NCBI GenBank assembly: GCA_903928275.1
Contig: CAIYQJ010000155.1
Coordinates: 1-58,601, forward strand
Length of the DNA stretch: 58,601 nucleotides
Reading direction: 5' to 3'
Source of the DNA: an uncultured Chloroflexota bacterium
GTDB taxonomy: Bacteria; Chloroflexota; Limnocylindria; Limnocylindrales; CSP1-4
Made by a program: the position numbers and the translations under genes. The notes beneath the pieces were generated by a model. That model saw only the letters and a program-made list of their open reading frames with translations. It made no database searches and was not told the DNA's origin. This document shows, piece by piece, positions 17,777-27,998 of the stretch; within the stretch, counting starts at the first letter, position 1; every line of letters starts with the position of its first letter.

Positions 17777-19243
17777 TCAGTCCGGCAGGACCTTGCCCGG
17801 GTTCATGATCCCGAGCGGGTCGAGGGCATCCTTGATCGCGCGCATGGCCCGTACCGCGCCGGCACCCCGCGTGCGCTCGAGCCAGTCGCGCTTCGCGACG
17901 CCGATGCCATGCTCGCCGGTGACCGACCCGCCGAGCTCCAGCGCCGCCGCGTAGACCGCGTGCCGCGCCCGGTCGATCCGCTCTTCGGCGGTGGGGTCGT
18001 CGCGCGGCACGATGAAGCTCGGGTGCAGGTTGCCGTCGCCCACGTGGCCGAAGGTCCCACCGGGCATCCCCTCCTCGGCCAGGATCCGCTCCACGGCGGC
18101 GACGAGCTCGGCCATGCGCGAGCGCGGGACCACGACATCCTCCATCCGCGCGACACCCAGCCGCTCGATCGCCCACCACGCCGAGCGCCGGCCCTGGCGG
18201 AGGAGGTCGGCCTCGGCGGGATCCGTCGCGGTCACCGTGAACGTGGCGCCGGACTCCAGGCAGGCCCGATCCACGACACGGAGCTCGTCGGCGGCTGCCG
18301 GGCCGGGCGCGTCAGACTCGACCATGAGCATCGCGGCGGCCGTCGTGTCGAAGCCGAAGTGCCCGTAGTCCTCCACGGCGCGGATCGTGAAAGCATCCAT
18401 CATCTCGAGCGTGCAGGGCACGACGTGCGCGGCGGTGATCCGCGAGACGGCGGCGCCGGCCTCGGCCAGCGACCCGAAGAACGCGAGGAGCGTCAGCTTG
18501 GGCGGCGGCGCCGGTCGCAGCCGCAGGGTCGCCTCTGTCACGATCCCCAGCGTCCCCTGCGACCCGACGATGAGGCGCGTGAGGTCGTACCCCGCCACGT
18601 CCTTCACGATGGAACGGCCGGTGCGCATGACGCTGCCGTCGGCGAGGACCACCTCGAGGCCGAGGACCGCCTCGCGCGTGACGCCGTACTTCACGCAGCA
18701 CAGGCCGCCAGCGTTCGTGCCGATGTTCCCGCCGATGGAGCAGATCTCGTAGCTCGCCGGGTCCGGTGGGTAGAAGAGGCCGCGCTCCGCGACCGCGAGC
18801 TTGAACGCCGCGTTGAGGATGCCCGGCTGCACGATCGCCACGACGTCCGCCTCGTCGATCGAGCGGATGCTCGCCATGCGCCGGAACGTGAGCGTGAGGC
18901 CGCCGGCGACGGCGACCGCCCCTCCCGAGAGACCGGTCCCCTCCCCGCGCGGCACGAGCGGGACCCGGTAGGCGGCGGCGAGCCGGACGATCTCCGCGAC
19001 CTCGCCGACGGTGGCCGGCGCTGCGACGGCGAGGGGCAGCGGCGGGTGGAGGTTGGCGGTCTCGTCGCGTCGAACCGCCTCGAGGTCCACCGGGTCCGTG
19101 CGGATCGGGAGCCCCGGCAGGCGCCTGCCGAGGGCGGCGAGGAAGGCGGCGCCGCGCAGGGGATCGGGCGGCGGGAGCGGGACGGGCCGGCCCGCGCCGA
19201 TCTCGGGAACCGGCAGGATCGACGGTCCGCCTTCAGTGGCCAC
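17777..19243 (-). CDS. FAD-linked oxidase (GlcD / D-lactate dehydrogenase family)
   Basis: The FAD-binding PCMH region is VPLVPRGEGTGLSGGAV, and the C-terminus has GTFGHVGDGNLH and GEHGIGVAKR. I placed the start at GTG 19243, because the longest ORF would swallow bioY. Confidence 0.8.
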   Translation of the reverse strand: MATEGGPSILPVPEIGAGRPVPLPPPDPLRGAAFLAALGRRLPGLPIRTDPVDLEAVRRDETANLHPPLPLAVAAPATVGEVAEIVRLAAAYRVPLVPRGEGTGLSGGAVAVAGGLTLTFRRMASIRSIDEADVVAIVQPGILNAAFKLAVAERGLFYPPDPASYEICSIGGNIGTNAGGLCCVKYGVTREAVLGLEVVLADGSVMRTGRSIVKDVAGYDLTRLIVGSQGTLGIVTEATLRLRPAPPPKLTLLAFFGSLAEAGAAVSRITAAHVVPCTLEMMDAFTIRAVEDYGHFGFDTTAAAMLMVESDAPGPAAADELRVVDRACLESGATFTVTATDPAEADLLRQGRRSAWWAIERLGVARMEDVVVPRSRMAELVAAVERILAEEGMPGGTFGHVGDGNLHPSFIVPRDDPTAEERIDRARHAVYAAALELGGSVTGEHGIGVAKRDWLERTRGAGAVRAMRAIKDALDPLGIMNPGKVLPD

Positions 19244-19287
19244 GGTGGATGCGCCGTCGCCGCTCCGGGACCGCGGGGCGCTGCCGC

Positions 19288-19956
19288 TCAGCGGTCGATG
19301 GACCGCCGGGCCACGATCCACCACGCCGCGGGGAGGATCATGGCCACGACGACGATCTTGAGGACATCGCCGACGAGGAACGGCGCCACGCCCAGCTCCA
19401 CCGCCCGCCGCAGCGAGACGCCCAGGGCCATGGCGAGCCAGGGCACCCCGATCGCGTAGATGGCGGCGGTCCCCACGGTGAACGCGACGAGCGACCCGGA
19501 GACAGTGCGGTCCCAGCCGAGCTCGGCGAAACGCCCCACGAGCGCCGCGGCCACGACGAAGCCGACGAGGTAGCCGCCCGTGGGTGCGAGCCGGAGCCCA
19601 TCGGCGAGGGAGCCGAACGTGCCGGTCCCCGCGGCATGGCCCGCATACACCGGTAGCCCCACGAGGCCGAGCGCCAGGTAGAGGACGACGGCAAGGACGC
19701 CGCGCCGGAAGCCGAGGGCGCCGCCCACCAGGAGGACGCCGAAGGTCTGGGCCGTGACCGGGACCGGGGTGCCGGGGACCGTGACGGCGACGTTCGCGCT
19801 GAGGGCGAGCACGAGGGCGCCGGCGATGACCAGGACCACGTGCCGCACCCGCGCGGACATCCGCTCGCCGAGGCGGATCGGGACGAGGAAGTCGCCGATC
19901 GTGACCCCACGCTCTGCGGCCGGAACGCGCACGAGCCGCGGGACCGCGATCGTCAT
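19288..19956 (-). CDS. bioY: Biotin transporter S-component BioY
   Basis: It is a multi-TM protein with BioY-like TAQTFGVLLVGGALG and GGYLVGF segments. GGAGGG lies upstream of ATG 19956, and an alternative internal ATG is at 19860. Confidence 0.8.
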   Translation of the reverse strand: MTIAVPRLVRVPAAERGVTIGDFLVPIRLGERMSARVRHVVLVIAGALVLALSANVAVTVPGTPVPVTAQTFGVLLVGGALGFRRGVLAVVLYLALGLVGLPVYAGHAAGTGTFGSLADGLRLAPTGGYLVGFVVAAALVGRFAELGWDRTVSGSLVAFTVGTAAIYAIGVPWLAMALGVSLRRAVELGVAPFLVGDVLKIVVVAMILPAAWWIVARRSIDR

Positions 19957-20106
19957 CCAACCCTCCGTGACCCCGCGCGACGCGACGAGTGGGCACCTCT
20001 CGTGGCCCGTCGCCCGGGGACATGAGTCTAGCAGCCGGCGTCGGGTGACCGCAGCCGGCGTCTCGCGCCGTGGGGCTTGCGGGTCACCGACCGCGGGTCG
20101 CGGGCG

Positions 20107-22638
20107 TCACTCTCCGCGGACGGCGCGGACGATCGAGACGCGACTCGCGACGCGGGCCGGGTAGGCGGCCGCGAGCATCGCCACGGCGACGCCGATGACG
20201 GCGACGACGACGATGGTCGTCCATGGCGCATCGGCGATCCACGCGATCCGCCCGCCCTGGGTGAGCAGCATGATCGCCCCGATGACCAGCCCGCTCACCA
20301 CGCCGATGATCGCGCCGGCGATCCCGAGGATGCCCGATTCGACCATGACCATCCGCCACGCCTGGGCCCGGGTGAGCCCGGTGGCACGGAGGATGCCGAT
20401 CTCGCGAACACGCTCGACGACGCTCATCGTCAGCGTGTTGACGATCCCGAGGCCCGCGATGAGGACGGCGATGATCGCGATCGCGTCGAAGAGGCCGAAG
20501 AGGCGCCCGACGGCGCCCTCCGCCTGGCCGCGGATCTCGTCGAGCGATGTGGGCTGGAGAGCGAGCTGGCGCGCGGTCGTCGCGACCGAGGCCGGCGCAT
20601 CGGGCGGCGCACCGGCGGCATACCTGATCGCGTAGAAGTCGGCGCCGAGAGCCCCGAAGCTCGTCGTCGCGTCGGACCACGAGACGAGGACGGTCTCGCC
20701 GTCGGGGGCCGGGAAGGTGTGCTCCACGATGCCGGTCACGGCGAGGTCGGTCACCGCGTCCCCGAACCCGAGACGGAGGGTGTCGCCGAGGCCGATCCCG
20801 AGGCGGTCGGCGAGCGAGCGCGGGACGATCGCCGTCCCGCCGGCGTCGAGCTTCGCCAGGGCGGACGCGCGGTCGCCGGACACGAACGTCAGACGTCCGT
20901 CCCCGAGCATCGCGGCGCCGGAGACGGCGGCGGCCGGCACGCGGTACGGCGAGGCGCCCGACCGTGGCTGCAGCGCGACGTCGAACGTCCCGACGGGTGT
21001 CACGTGCTCGACGCCCGGGATCGCGGCAAGCTGGTCGGCGATCCCCTCGTCCGCCGCGATCGGCCGGATCGACGTGACGACGGTGGACCCGGGGACCACG
21101 TCGGTGATCCACGCGGAAGCGGCCGCACGCGACAGCGAACCCACCGACGCGACCGCCACGACCATCGCGAGGCCGATGGCCAGGGCGCCCACGGTGAGTG
21201 CGGTCCGCGCCGGGTCGCGCGTCAGGACGCCGCGGATGAGCCGGGTCTCCGTCCGGAAGAACCAACCGAACGGGATCGAGGCGAGGCGTCCGAGCGGGCG
21301 CAGGAGGAATGGCGACGCGAGGGCGGCCACGAGGAGCACGCAGTAGACGAGAACGGGACCCAGGAGCCGGGCGCCGGACGCGAGGCCGCCCGGCAGCAGC
21401 GCGATCCCGCCGATCCCGACGACGACGGCGATGGCGATGAGCCAGCGGAGCTGAGCGCGCATGCCGACGCTCGGGTCCACGCGCGAGCGAAGGGCTTCGA
21501 CCGGCGACAGGCGGCTGGCGCGCCAGGCCGGCTCCGATGCGGCCACCACGGTGACGAGGACGCCGAGCGCGAGGGCGAACGCGAGGTCGGCCGGGCGCAC
21601 CGTGACCCCGCTCACGGTGAGGCCCTCGACCTGGTGGAGGAACCCGACGACGACGGCCGCGAGCGCCACGCCGCCGAGAGCACCGAGGATCGCCCCGAGG
21701 ACGCCGACGACGGCGGCCTGGAGCAGGAAGAGCGACCCGATCTGTCGCCGCGTGGCGCCGGCGGCACGAAGGAGCCCGACCTCGCGCACGCGCTCCGCCA
21801 CCGTCATCGACAGCGTGTTGAAGATGAGGAACGCGCCCACGAAGAGGACCACGGCCGCGACGAGCGCGAGGGTCGTCCTGATGTCCGCGGTCGAGTCGCG
21901 CATGCCCGCGGCGATCTCGGCGGGCCGCACGAGGACGTACGGCTCCGTGGTGATCGCGGCCTCGAGTCCGGAGGCCACGCCATCCACGGTGGCGCCGCGT
22001 GCGACCGTCACGTCCGCGGTCGTCACGCTCGCCGTCCCGAAGAGCTCCTGCGCGGCCGGCAACGCGATCCAGGCGGTCCGCCCGAAGACGGCCGGGATCG
22101 GCCCGTCGCCTTCGACGATCCCGATGACGCGGAAGTCGATCGGGGCGCCCGTGCCGTAGAACGTGACGATCGAGCCGAGGTCGAGGCCGCGGTCCCGCGC
22201 GAGCGCCTCCGTCACCAGCACGCTCCGTTGGGTGTCCGGGGCGAGATCCACGCCGCGCACGAGCGTGGTGTCGCGGATCGAACGATCAGTCGCGGGGTCG
22301 ATCCCGAGGACGGTCACCGGATCGCCGGACGGGCCCACGTCGGTGACGAGGAACGTCCGCCGCTCGAGCGTGGGCGCGACATCGCGGACGCCGGGCGTCT
22401 TCCGGATCGCATCGAGGCTGCCCGCGGAGAGGCCGGCCTCCGCGAAGGCCTCCACGCGCAGGTCGGCACGCCCCACGAGCTGCGTGACGGTCGTGTCCAC
22501 GGCGGCATCGAGCGTCGCGTTCGTGGTCTGCGTCGCGAAGAAGACGGCGACGCCGAGCGCGACGCCGAGCACCGTGAGGATCGTGCGCAGTCGTCGTGCC
22601 GCGAGGCTGCGCCAGGCGAGCGACGCGAGGCTTCGCAC
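20107..22638 (-). CDS. ABC transporter permease with duplicated FtsX/MacB-type domains
   Basis: It is 843 aa, with two repeats of a large extracytoplasmic segment followed by FtsX-like TM bundles. It is adjacent to the cognate ATPase. Confidence 0.8.
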   Translation of the reverse strand: MRSLASLAWRSLAARRLRTILTVLGVALGVAVFFATQTTNATLDAAVDTTVTQLVGRADLRVEAFAEAGLSAGSLDAIRKTPGVRDVAPTLERRTFLVTDVGPSGDPVTVLGIDPATDRSIRDTTLVRGVDLAPDTQRSVLVTEALARDRGLDLGSIVTFYGTGAPIDFRVIGIVEGDGPIPAVFGRTAWIALPAAQELFGTASVTTADVTVARGATVDGVASGLEAAITTEPYVLVRPAEIAAGMRDSTADIRTTLALVAAVVLFVGAFLIFNTLSMTVAERVREVGLLRAAGATRRQIGSLFLLQAAVVGVLGAILGALGGVALAAVVVGFLHQVEGLTVSGVTVRPADLAFALALGVLVTVVAASEPAWRASRLSPVEALRSRVDPSVGMRAQLRWLIAIAVVVGIGGIALLPGGLASGARLLGPVLVYCVLLVAALASPFLLRPLGRLASIPFGWFFRTETRLIRGVLTRDPARTALTVGALAIGLAMVVAVASVGSLSRAAASAWITDVVPGSTVVTSIRPIAADEGIADQLAAIPGVEHVTPVGTFDVALQPRSGASPYRVPAAAVSGAAMLGDGRLTFVSGDRASALAKLDAGGTAIVPRSLADRLGIGLGDTLRLGFGDAVTDLAVTGIVEHTFPAPDGETVLVSWSDATTSFGALGADFYAIRYAAGAPPDAPASVATTARQLALQPTSLDEIRGQAEGAVGRLFGLFDAIAIIAVLIAGLGIVNTLTMSVVERVREIGILRATGLTRAQAWRMVMVESGILGIAGAIIGVVSGLVIGAIMLLTQGGRIAWIADAPWTTIVVVAVIGVAVAMLAAAYPARVASRVSIVRAVRGE

Positions 22639-22641
22639 CGG

Positions 22642-23421
22642 TCAGAGCCCGAGCTGGGCGAGCCGGGCGATGAGCGGGGTGGCGGAGTGCTCCGCCCGAC
22701 GGCCGAGGACGATCTCGTCGCCGACGCGGCCGTCGACGAAGACGAAGACGCGGTCCGCGTACGCGGCGGCCTTCGCGTCGTGGGTCACGAGGACGATCGT
22801 CTGGCCCTGCTCGTGGCAGGAGCGGAGCAGGACCTCGAGCACCTCGGTGCCGGTAGCGAAGTCGAGGTTGCCGGTCGGCTCGTCCGCGAGGACGAGCGCT
22901 GGGCGCGTGACGAGCGCGCGGGCCACCGCGACACGCTGCTGCTCGCCCGCGGAGAGCTGGTCGGGCCGGTTGCGCTCCTTGCCCGTGAGGTCCACCGCGT
23001 CGATCGCCGCCTGCACGCGATCGCGCAGCTCGCCGCGCGTGGGATCGGTCCCGGCGATCGTGAACGGCAGCCCCACGTTCTCGCGGACGTCGAGGAGAGG
23101 GATGAGGTTGAAGAACTGGAAGACGAAGCCGGTGGATTCGCGCCGCAGGCGGGTGGCTTCCGTGTCGGTGAGGCCGCTGATGTCGCGGCCCTCCAGGACG
23201 ACGTGGCCCGACGTGGGGCGGTCGAGCCCGCCGAGGATCTGGAGCAGCGTGCTCTTGCCCGAGCCGCTGGGCCCCATGAACGCGACGAACTCGCCGGGCG
23301 CCACCGAGAGGGATACGCCGCGGAGCGCCTCCACCGCGTGGTCGCCCACGACGTACTGCTTGGTGAGGTCGCGCGCCTCGAGGATGGGCACCTGCACGGA
23401 GCTCACGGTCACCTCGCTCAT
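22642..23421 (-). CDS. ABC transporter ATP-binding protein (MacB/LolD-like)
   Basis: It has Walker A GPSGSGKST, the signature LSAGEQQRV and Walker B LVLADEPTGNLD. Confidence 0.9.
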   Translation of the reverse strand: MSEVTVSSVQVPILEARDLTKQYVVGDHAVEALRGVSLSVAPGEFVAFMGPSGSGKSTLLQILGGLDRPTSGHVVLEGRDISGLTDTEATRLRRESTGFVFQFFNLIPLLDVRENVGLPFTIAGTDPTRGELRDRVQAAIDAVDLTGKERNRPDQLSAGEQQRVAVARALVTRPALVLADEPTGNLDFATGTEVLEVLLRSCHEQGQTIVLVTHDAKAAAYADRVFVFVDGRVGDEIVLGRRAEHSATPLIARLAQLGL

Positions 23422-23485
23422 CGGGGCCAGTCTACCGGCCAGCGGGAGCGGCGGGCTGCCCGGCGGCGCGGTCCCACGGCGGACA

Positions 23486-24460
23486 TCAGAACCCGAACAG
23501 GCTCGCCAGGACGAACGACACGAGCGACTCCACGAGCCCCTGCTGCCCCGGCAGCGGCAGGACGCGCAGGCTCACGCCGGGCGGATAGGCGCCCGGCCCG
23601 GCGGACGCGGCCGGCGCGGCCGACGGCTCGACGGAGGGCGGCGGTGAGAGCTCGGCTGATGGCGTGGGAGCGAGGGTCGGCTCCGGCGTCGGCGACGGCG
23701 TGGGCTGTGGGGTCGGGGCAACGGTCGGCTCCGACGTCGGCGACGGCGTGGGCTGTGGGGTCGGGGTCGGGGCGACGGTCGGCACAGGCGTCGGTCCGAC
23801 CGTCGGCCGGGCGGTGGAGCCTTCCACGGGACTGGAAGAGGCCGGTGGCGCCGGGCTCGGCGTGGGCTTCGGCGTGGGCTTCGGCGTGGGTTTCGGTGTC
23901 GGCTTCGGCGTGGGCGCGGGCGGCGCGCCGCAGGGAGCCGCGAACAGCACCGTCCACATCTTCTTGTCGCCGTCGCCGGAGTAGGCGCCGACGCCGACAA
24001 CGCTCCAGGCCGGCCCGAGGATGTTCTCGCGGTGACCCGGGGAGTTCATGAACATGCTCTGGATCTCGCCGGTGGCCTGGTCGTCCGGGTACGTGTTCCA
24101 CCCGATGTTCTCGCCGGCGAGCGTGTAGCAGTAGCCGCGGCGATCGAGCTCCCCGAAGACGTCACCGGCGCCGGGGATCGAGTGGCTGAAGTAGTCCCGG
24201 TCGATCATGTCCTGGCTCCGCCACCGGGCGACGGCGGACAGCGTGCCGTCCACGCGGAGTGCTGGCTGCCCGGCGGCCGCGCGAGCCTGGTTCGTGAGCG
24301 ACACGAGCAGCGACTCGGAGCTCGCGTTGAAGGCGCCGGGGGTCCACGCTGCGGCTCGCCCCGGGAGGAATGCCAGGCCGGCCACCGAAAGGGCGACCGC
24401 GAGGGCCGGAGGGATGAATCGACCCCCGAAGGCACGGAGCAGAGACGCAGCGGGACCCAT
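23486..24460 (-). CDS. Secreted CAP/SCP-domain protein with a Pro/Thr-rich repeat region and a hydrophobic C-terminal tail
   Basis: The signal-like N-terminus ends in PGRAAAW. The CAP domain shows NQARAAAG...[13 protein letters not shown]...GENIGW...[11 protein letters not shown]. (TPKP)n and PT-rich repeats follow, and the protein ends [24 protein letters not shown]. Confidence 0.75.
   Translation of the reverse strand: MGPAASLLRAFGGRFIPPALAVALSVAGLAFLPGRAAAWTPGAFNASSESLLVSLTNQARAAAGQPALRVDGTLSAVARWRSQDMIDRDYFSHSIPGAGDVFGELDRRGYCYTLAGENIGWNTYPDDQATGEIQSMFMNSPGHRENILGPAWSVVGVGAYSGDGDKKMWTVLFAAPCGAPPAPTPKPTPKPTPKPTPKPTPSPAPPASSSPVEGSTARPTVGPTPVPTVAPTPTPQPTPSPTSEPTVAPTPQPTPSPTPEPTLAPTPSAELSPPPSVEPSAAPAASAGPGAYPPGVSLRVLPLPGQQGLVESLVSFVLASLFGF
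23674..23771. repeat. In-frame 48-bp tandem duplication inside the CAP-protein PT-rich linker
   Basis: GGTCGGCTCCGGCGTCGGCGACGGCGTGGGCTGTGGGGTCGGGG recurs 48 bp later with a single G>A change. Confidence 0.8.
23859..23915. repeat. 12-bp tandem repeat encoding (TPKP)n
   Basis: There are about 4.5 slightly diverged copies of GGCGTGGGCTTC. Confidence 0.8.
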
Positions 24461-24615
24461 GGCATCCCCACCGTAGGCCGGCGCGGGTGCGCAGGTCAGC
24501 CGACGAAGGTGCCAGCACGCACCGCCGGAGGTACCGGTGCAGGGAGGCCCGGCGACGGGCCCGAGTGGCGTCGGAGCGTCGCGCTCGGCCGTGCCCGGCC
24601 GCGCGACAGACAGAC

Positions 24616-24645
24616 GACCGCGCCCGGCCGGAGCCGGGCGCGGTC
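24616..24645 (-). terminator. Intrinsic-terminator-like hairpin after dhaK
   Basis: It has a perfect 13-bp stem (GACCGCGCCCGGC/GCCGGGCGCGGTC) and a 4-nt loop, about 25 nt past the dhaK stop. On the transcribed strand it is followed by GTCTGTCTGTC. Confidence 0.6.
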
Positions 24646-24669
24646 GATGGGCTGCGCGGTGAGTGTGGC

Positions 24670-25665
24670 CTAGAAGACCCGGTAGGCGATCTCCGCGGGG
24701 GCCAGGAGCAGCTCCTTGAGCTCCGCGTCGACCTTGAGCAGCGAGATGTGTGCGCCGGCCATCTCGAGCGACGTGCAGTACTCGCCGACGTAGCTGCGGA
24801 AGACCTTGATGCCCTTCTCGGCGAGCTTCTTGTGGGCGATGCCGTAGAGGAGGTAGAGCTCGGTGATCGGTGTCCCGCCCAGGCCGTTGATCATGACCGC
24901 GACCTCGTCGCCGTCCTTGAACGGCAGGTCGGGGACGATCGCGTCGAGGAGCAGGTCCACGATCTCGTTCGCGGTGCCGGCGGGGCGCCGCTCGCGGCCG
25001 GGCTCGCCGTGGATGCCGATGCCGACTTCCATCTCGCCGTCGGCGATCTCGAAGAGCGGCGTGCCGCGGACCGGCGGCGTACACGAGGACAGGGCGACGC
25101 CCATCGTCCGGACGTTCGCGATGACCTTCTCGCCGACGCGGACGCACTCCTCGAGCGAGCCGCCCTTGTCGGCCATGGCCGCCGCGGCCTTGATGACGAA
25201 GAAGTTGCCGGCGACTCCGCGCCGGCCGACGGTCCACGTGGAGTCCTTGACGGCCACGTCGTCGTTGACGAGGAGGTAGCCGATCTTCTGGCCCTCGGCC
25301 TCGCAGATCTCCCGGGCCATCTCCCACGCGGTGCGGTCGCCGGTGTAGTTGTTGACGATGTAGAGCACGCCCGCCGGCGTGTCCATGAGCTTCGAAGTCT
25401 CGGTGACGAACTCGACCGGCGGGCCGGCGAAGACGTCGCCCGGGCAGGCGGCGTCGAGCATGCCGGGGCCGACGATCATCGTGTGGGCCGGCTCGTGGCC
25501 CGACCCGGAGCCCTGGATGATCGAGACCCGATCCTTCTTGGGCATGTCGGCCCGGTAGATCAGGTTGTACTTGGGCTCGTACTTGAGCGTGCCGTCGCTC
25601 GCGAGCATGACGCCCTCGAGGAACTCGGGGACGAATGCCTTGGGCTCGTTCAGGAACTTCCTCAC
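24670..25665 (-). CDS. dhaK: Dihydroxyacetone kinase subunit DhaK
   Basis: It has FLNEPKAF, the substrate-His region [13 protein letters not shown], and GDRTAW. GTG 25665 overlaps the dhaL stop (GTGA). Confidence 0.9.
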   Translation of the reverse strand: MRKFLNEPKAFVPEFLEGVMLASDGTLKYEPKYNLIYRADMPKKDRVSIIQGSGSGHEPAHTMIVGPGMLDAACPGDVFAGPPVEFVTETSKLMDTPAGVLYIVNNYTGDRTAWEMAREICEAEGQKIGYLLVNDDVAVKDSTWTVGRRGVAGNFFVIKAAAAMADKGGSLEECVRVGEKVIANVRTMGVALSSCTPPVRGTPLFEIADGEMEVGIGIHGEPGRERRPAGTANEIVDLLLDAIVPDLPFKDGDEVAVMINGLGGTPITELYLLYGIAHKKLAEKGIKVFRSYVGEYCTSLEMAGAHISLLKVDAELKELLLAPAEIAYRVF

Positions 25666-26333
25666 GCGGTCTCTCCTTCGCCGTACTTCTCGCGCCATGC
25701 CGACGCGATCGCCTGGAGGATCACGCCGATCGCGGTCGCGCCGGCGTCGACGGAGCCGATGCTCCGCTCACCCGTGTACGCGGCACGGCCGCGCATAGCG
25801 AGCATTGACTTGGTGTCCAGGGCGGCCTGCACGGCGACATCGGCCGCGCGCTGGACGGCCGCGACACCGTGGTCGCCCTGCATCGCCGGGTCGGTGATCG
25901 ACGCCTCGAGGCTGTCGGTCGCCGGCACGAGGGCGTCGAGGAGTGTCTTCTCGCCGAGCGAGGCGCCCCCGCGGGCCATGATCCCCGTCGTCGCCGCGCG
26001 GAGCATCGCGATGACGTCCTCGGGCGCGAGCTCGGTCCGGTCCCCGGCGACCCCGGCGGCCCGGAGGAACGCAGTGCCCCAGATCGGCCCGGAGACGCCT
26101 CCGACCTTCCCCGAGATGACGAGGCCGATCTTCTTCAGCACGGCCCCGACGCTGGACTTGTCGAACGTGTCGTAGTCGCTGTCGACGACCTCGAAGCCGC
26201 TCCTGAGCGAGTAGCCGAAGTCGCCGTCTCCGACCACGGAGTCCAGCTCGGCGAAATAGACCGCGTTGTCGACGATCGTCCGGGCCATCGTCTTCAGGAC
26301 GAGATCGAGATCGTCGAGAGACGACTCTGTCAT
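25662..26333 (-). CDS. dhaL: Dihydroxyacetone kinase subunit DhaL (nucleotide-binding)
   Basis: Motifs are [35 protein letters not shown] and [10 protein letters not shown]. Confidence 0.9.
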   Translation of the reverse strand: MTESSLDDLDLVLKTMARTIVDNAVYFAELDSVVGDGDFGYSLRSGFEVVDSDYDTFDKSSVGAVLKKIGLVISGKVGGVSGPIWGTAFLRAAGVAGDRTELAPEDVIAMLRAATTGIMARGGASLGEKTLLDALVPATDSLEASITDPAMQGDHGVAAVQRAADVAVQAALDTKSMLAMRGRAAYTGERSIGSVDAGATAIGVILQAIASAWREKYGEGETA

Positions 26334-26382
26334 GCGGACTCCCTTCCCTGTGGTGATGTGTGCCGCCGGGACCGACGCGCGC

Positions 26383-27156
26383 TCATGACGCGATGCAGGC
26401 CTCGAGGTCGTCGAGCGTGATCCACTCGCCGGGCCGGGCCGCGCTCCGATTGGCGATGACCGCGGTGGCCTCGCCGCCGGGATCGCCGAGCGAGCTGACG
26501 ACGAGGATCGCCTCGCTGCTGTCCTCCGCCTCCGTGTAGCCGTTCACCGTGACGAGGCAGCGCAGGCCGGCCGCCACGGCGGCGAGCAGGCCATTGCGCG
26601 AATCCTCGACGACGAGCACGTCGCCCGCCGGAACGCCCAGGCGCTCGAGCGCGAGGAGGTAGATGTCCGGTGCCGGCTTCTTCTTTGGGACGCAGTCCCC
26701 GGCGAGGAAGACGTCGAAGCGGGCGGCCCGCTCGGGCCCGACCGCGTAGTCGAGGATCGCGTGCACCGCCGCCTCGGCGGAGGTGGACGCCACCCCCAGC
26801 TTCCAGCCGGCGTCCTGCGCCGCCGTGATGACCCGCCGGATCCCCGGGCGCGGCGGAAGCTTCCCGGCGGCCACCATCTCCGTGTAGATGGCCGTCTTGC
26901 GCTTGTGCCACTTCGCGATCTCGGCAGCCTGCTCGTCCGGATCGGCAGGAAGGCCGGCCTCCGCGACGAACTCCGGGGTCAGGAGGCTCGCCATCCGCTC
27001 CTTGCCGCCGCCGATCTTCAGGCGCCGGCCGTACTCCTCGACGGACCACTGGACCGGCAGGCCGAACTCGCGGAAGGTCTGGTTGAACGCGGGGAGGTGG
27101 CCGTGGCGCTCGGTGTCGGCGAGGACGCCGTCGCAATCGAAGACGAGCGTGCTCAC
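26383..27156 (-). CDS. HAD-superfamily hydrolase (CbbY/beta-phosphoglucomutase-like phosphatase)
   Basis: It has HAD motif I FDCDGVLADTE, later GVASTS, and KKKPAPDIY...VVEDSRNG. GTG 27156 overlaps the aldolase stop (GTGA). Confidence 0.8.
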   Translation of the reverse strand: MSTLVFDCDGVLADTERHGHLPAFNQTFREFGLPVQWSVEEYGRRLKIGGGKERMASLLTPEFVAEAGLPADPDEQAAEIAKWHKRKTAIYTEMVAAGKLPPRPGIRRVITAAQDAGWKLGVASTSAEAAVHAILDYAVGPERAARFDVFLAGDCVPKKKPAPDIYLLALERLGVPAGDVLVVEDSRNGLLAAVAAGLRCLVTVNGYTEAEDSSEAILVVSSLGDPGGEATAVIANRSAARPGEWITLDDLEACIAS

Positions 27157-27998
27157 CAGGCCTTGCCCTCGCTGCCGAACATCCGGATGTGGTGCTTCGC
27201 CATCTCCTTCACCGCGGTGTGCTGGGCGGTGAAGATCTTGGGCGGGTCGAAGTCCCCCGGATGCTCCGTCATGAAGTCGAAGCCGGACTGCATGTACGCG
27301 ATCTTCAGGGCGGTGCTGATGTTCACCTTGGCGCAGCCGCGCGCGATGAGGTCGCTGAACTGCTCCGGCGTCATCCCGGTCCCGCCATGGAGGGCGACGG
27401 GCTTCCCGGTCGCCTCCACGATGTCCGTCACGCGCTGGGAGTCGAGCGTGGGCGCCGTCTTGTACGTCCCGTGCGCGTTGCCGATGGCCGGGGCGAAGAT
27501 GTCGACCCCGGTCTCGCGGACGAAGTCCACGACGACGTCGAGCGACTGGACGTGCTGCGCCTCGTCGCCGGTCATGTCCTCGGTCCGCTTGAACCCCTCG
27601 ATCTCGCCCTCCACGTCGGCACCGAAGCGGCGGGCCTCCGCCACGACCTCGATGCACTGGCGCTTGTTCTCCTCGACACTGAGCTTCGACGCGTCGAAGA
27701 GCACCGAGCTCCAGCCCTTGGCGAGGCAGGCGGAGATGACGTCGCGCTCGGGGCAATGGTCGAGGTGGATCGCGACCGGCACGGTCGTCCGCCGGGCCAT
27801 CTCCACCCACATCGCATAGAGGACGTCCAGACCGGTCTGCTTCACGGTCTTCACCGACGTCTGGAGGATGACCGGGGCCTTGAGCTCCTCGGCCGCCGCG
27901 AGGACCGCGTCCATCGTGAGGTCGTTCACGATGTTGATCGCCGCGACGCCGTACCGCTCCGCGAAGGCGCGGGCGAGGATGTCGCGGGTAGGCACCAC
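27153..27998 (-). CDS. Class II ketose-bisphosphate aldolase family protein (FbaA/GatY/KbaY-like)
   Basis: Motifs are AINIVN, VAIHLDHC, GEIEG, NAHGTYK and ALHGGTG. The start is uncertain between GTG 27998 and GTG 28004, both downstream of a GGGAGG. Confidence 0.8.
   Translation of the reverse strand: MVPTRDILARAFAERYGVAAINIVNDLTMDAVLAAAEELKAPVILQTSVKTVKQTGLDVLYAMWVEMARRTTVPVAIHLDHCPERDVISACLAKGWSSVLFDASKLSVEENKRQCIEVVAEARRFGADVEGEIEGFKRTEDMTGDEAQHVQSLDVVVDFVRETGVDIFAPAIGNAHGTYKTAPTLDSQRVTDIVEATGKPVALHGGTGMTPEQFSDLIARGCAKVNISTALKIAYMQSGFDFMTEHPGDFDPPKIFTAQHTAVKEMAKHHIRMFGSEGKAW

Noticed and set aside
20031-20100. Direct repeat GCAGCCGGCGTC x2 and a GGTGACC/GGTCACC pair downstream of the ABC permease, as a terminator or mobile-element end
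   Set aside because: The stem is only about 7 bp with a ~38-nt loop, and the repeats are short and GC-rich enough to arise by chance in this composition.
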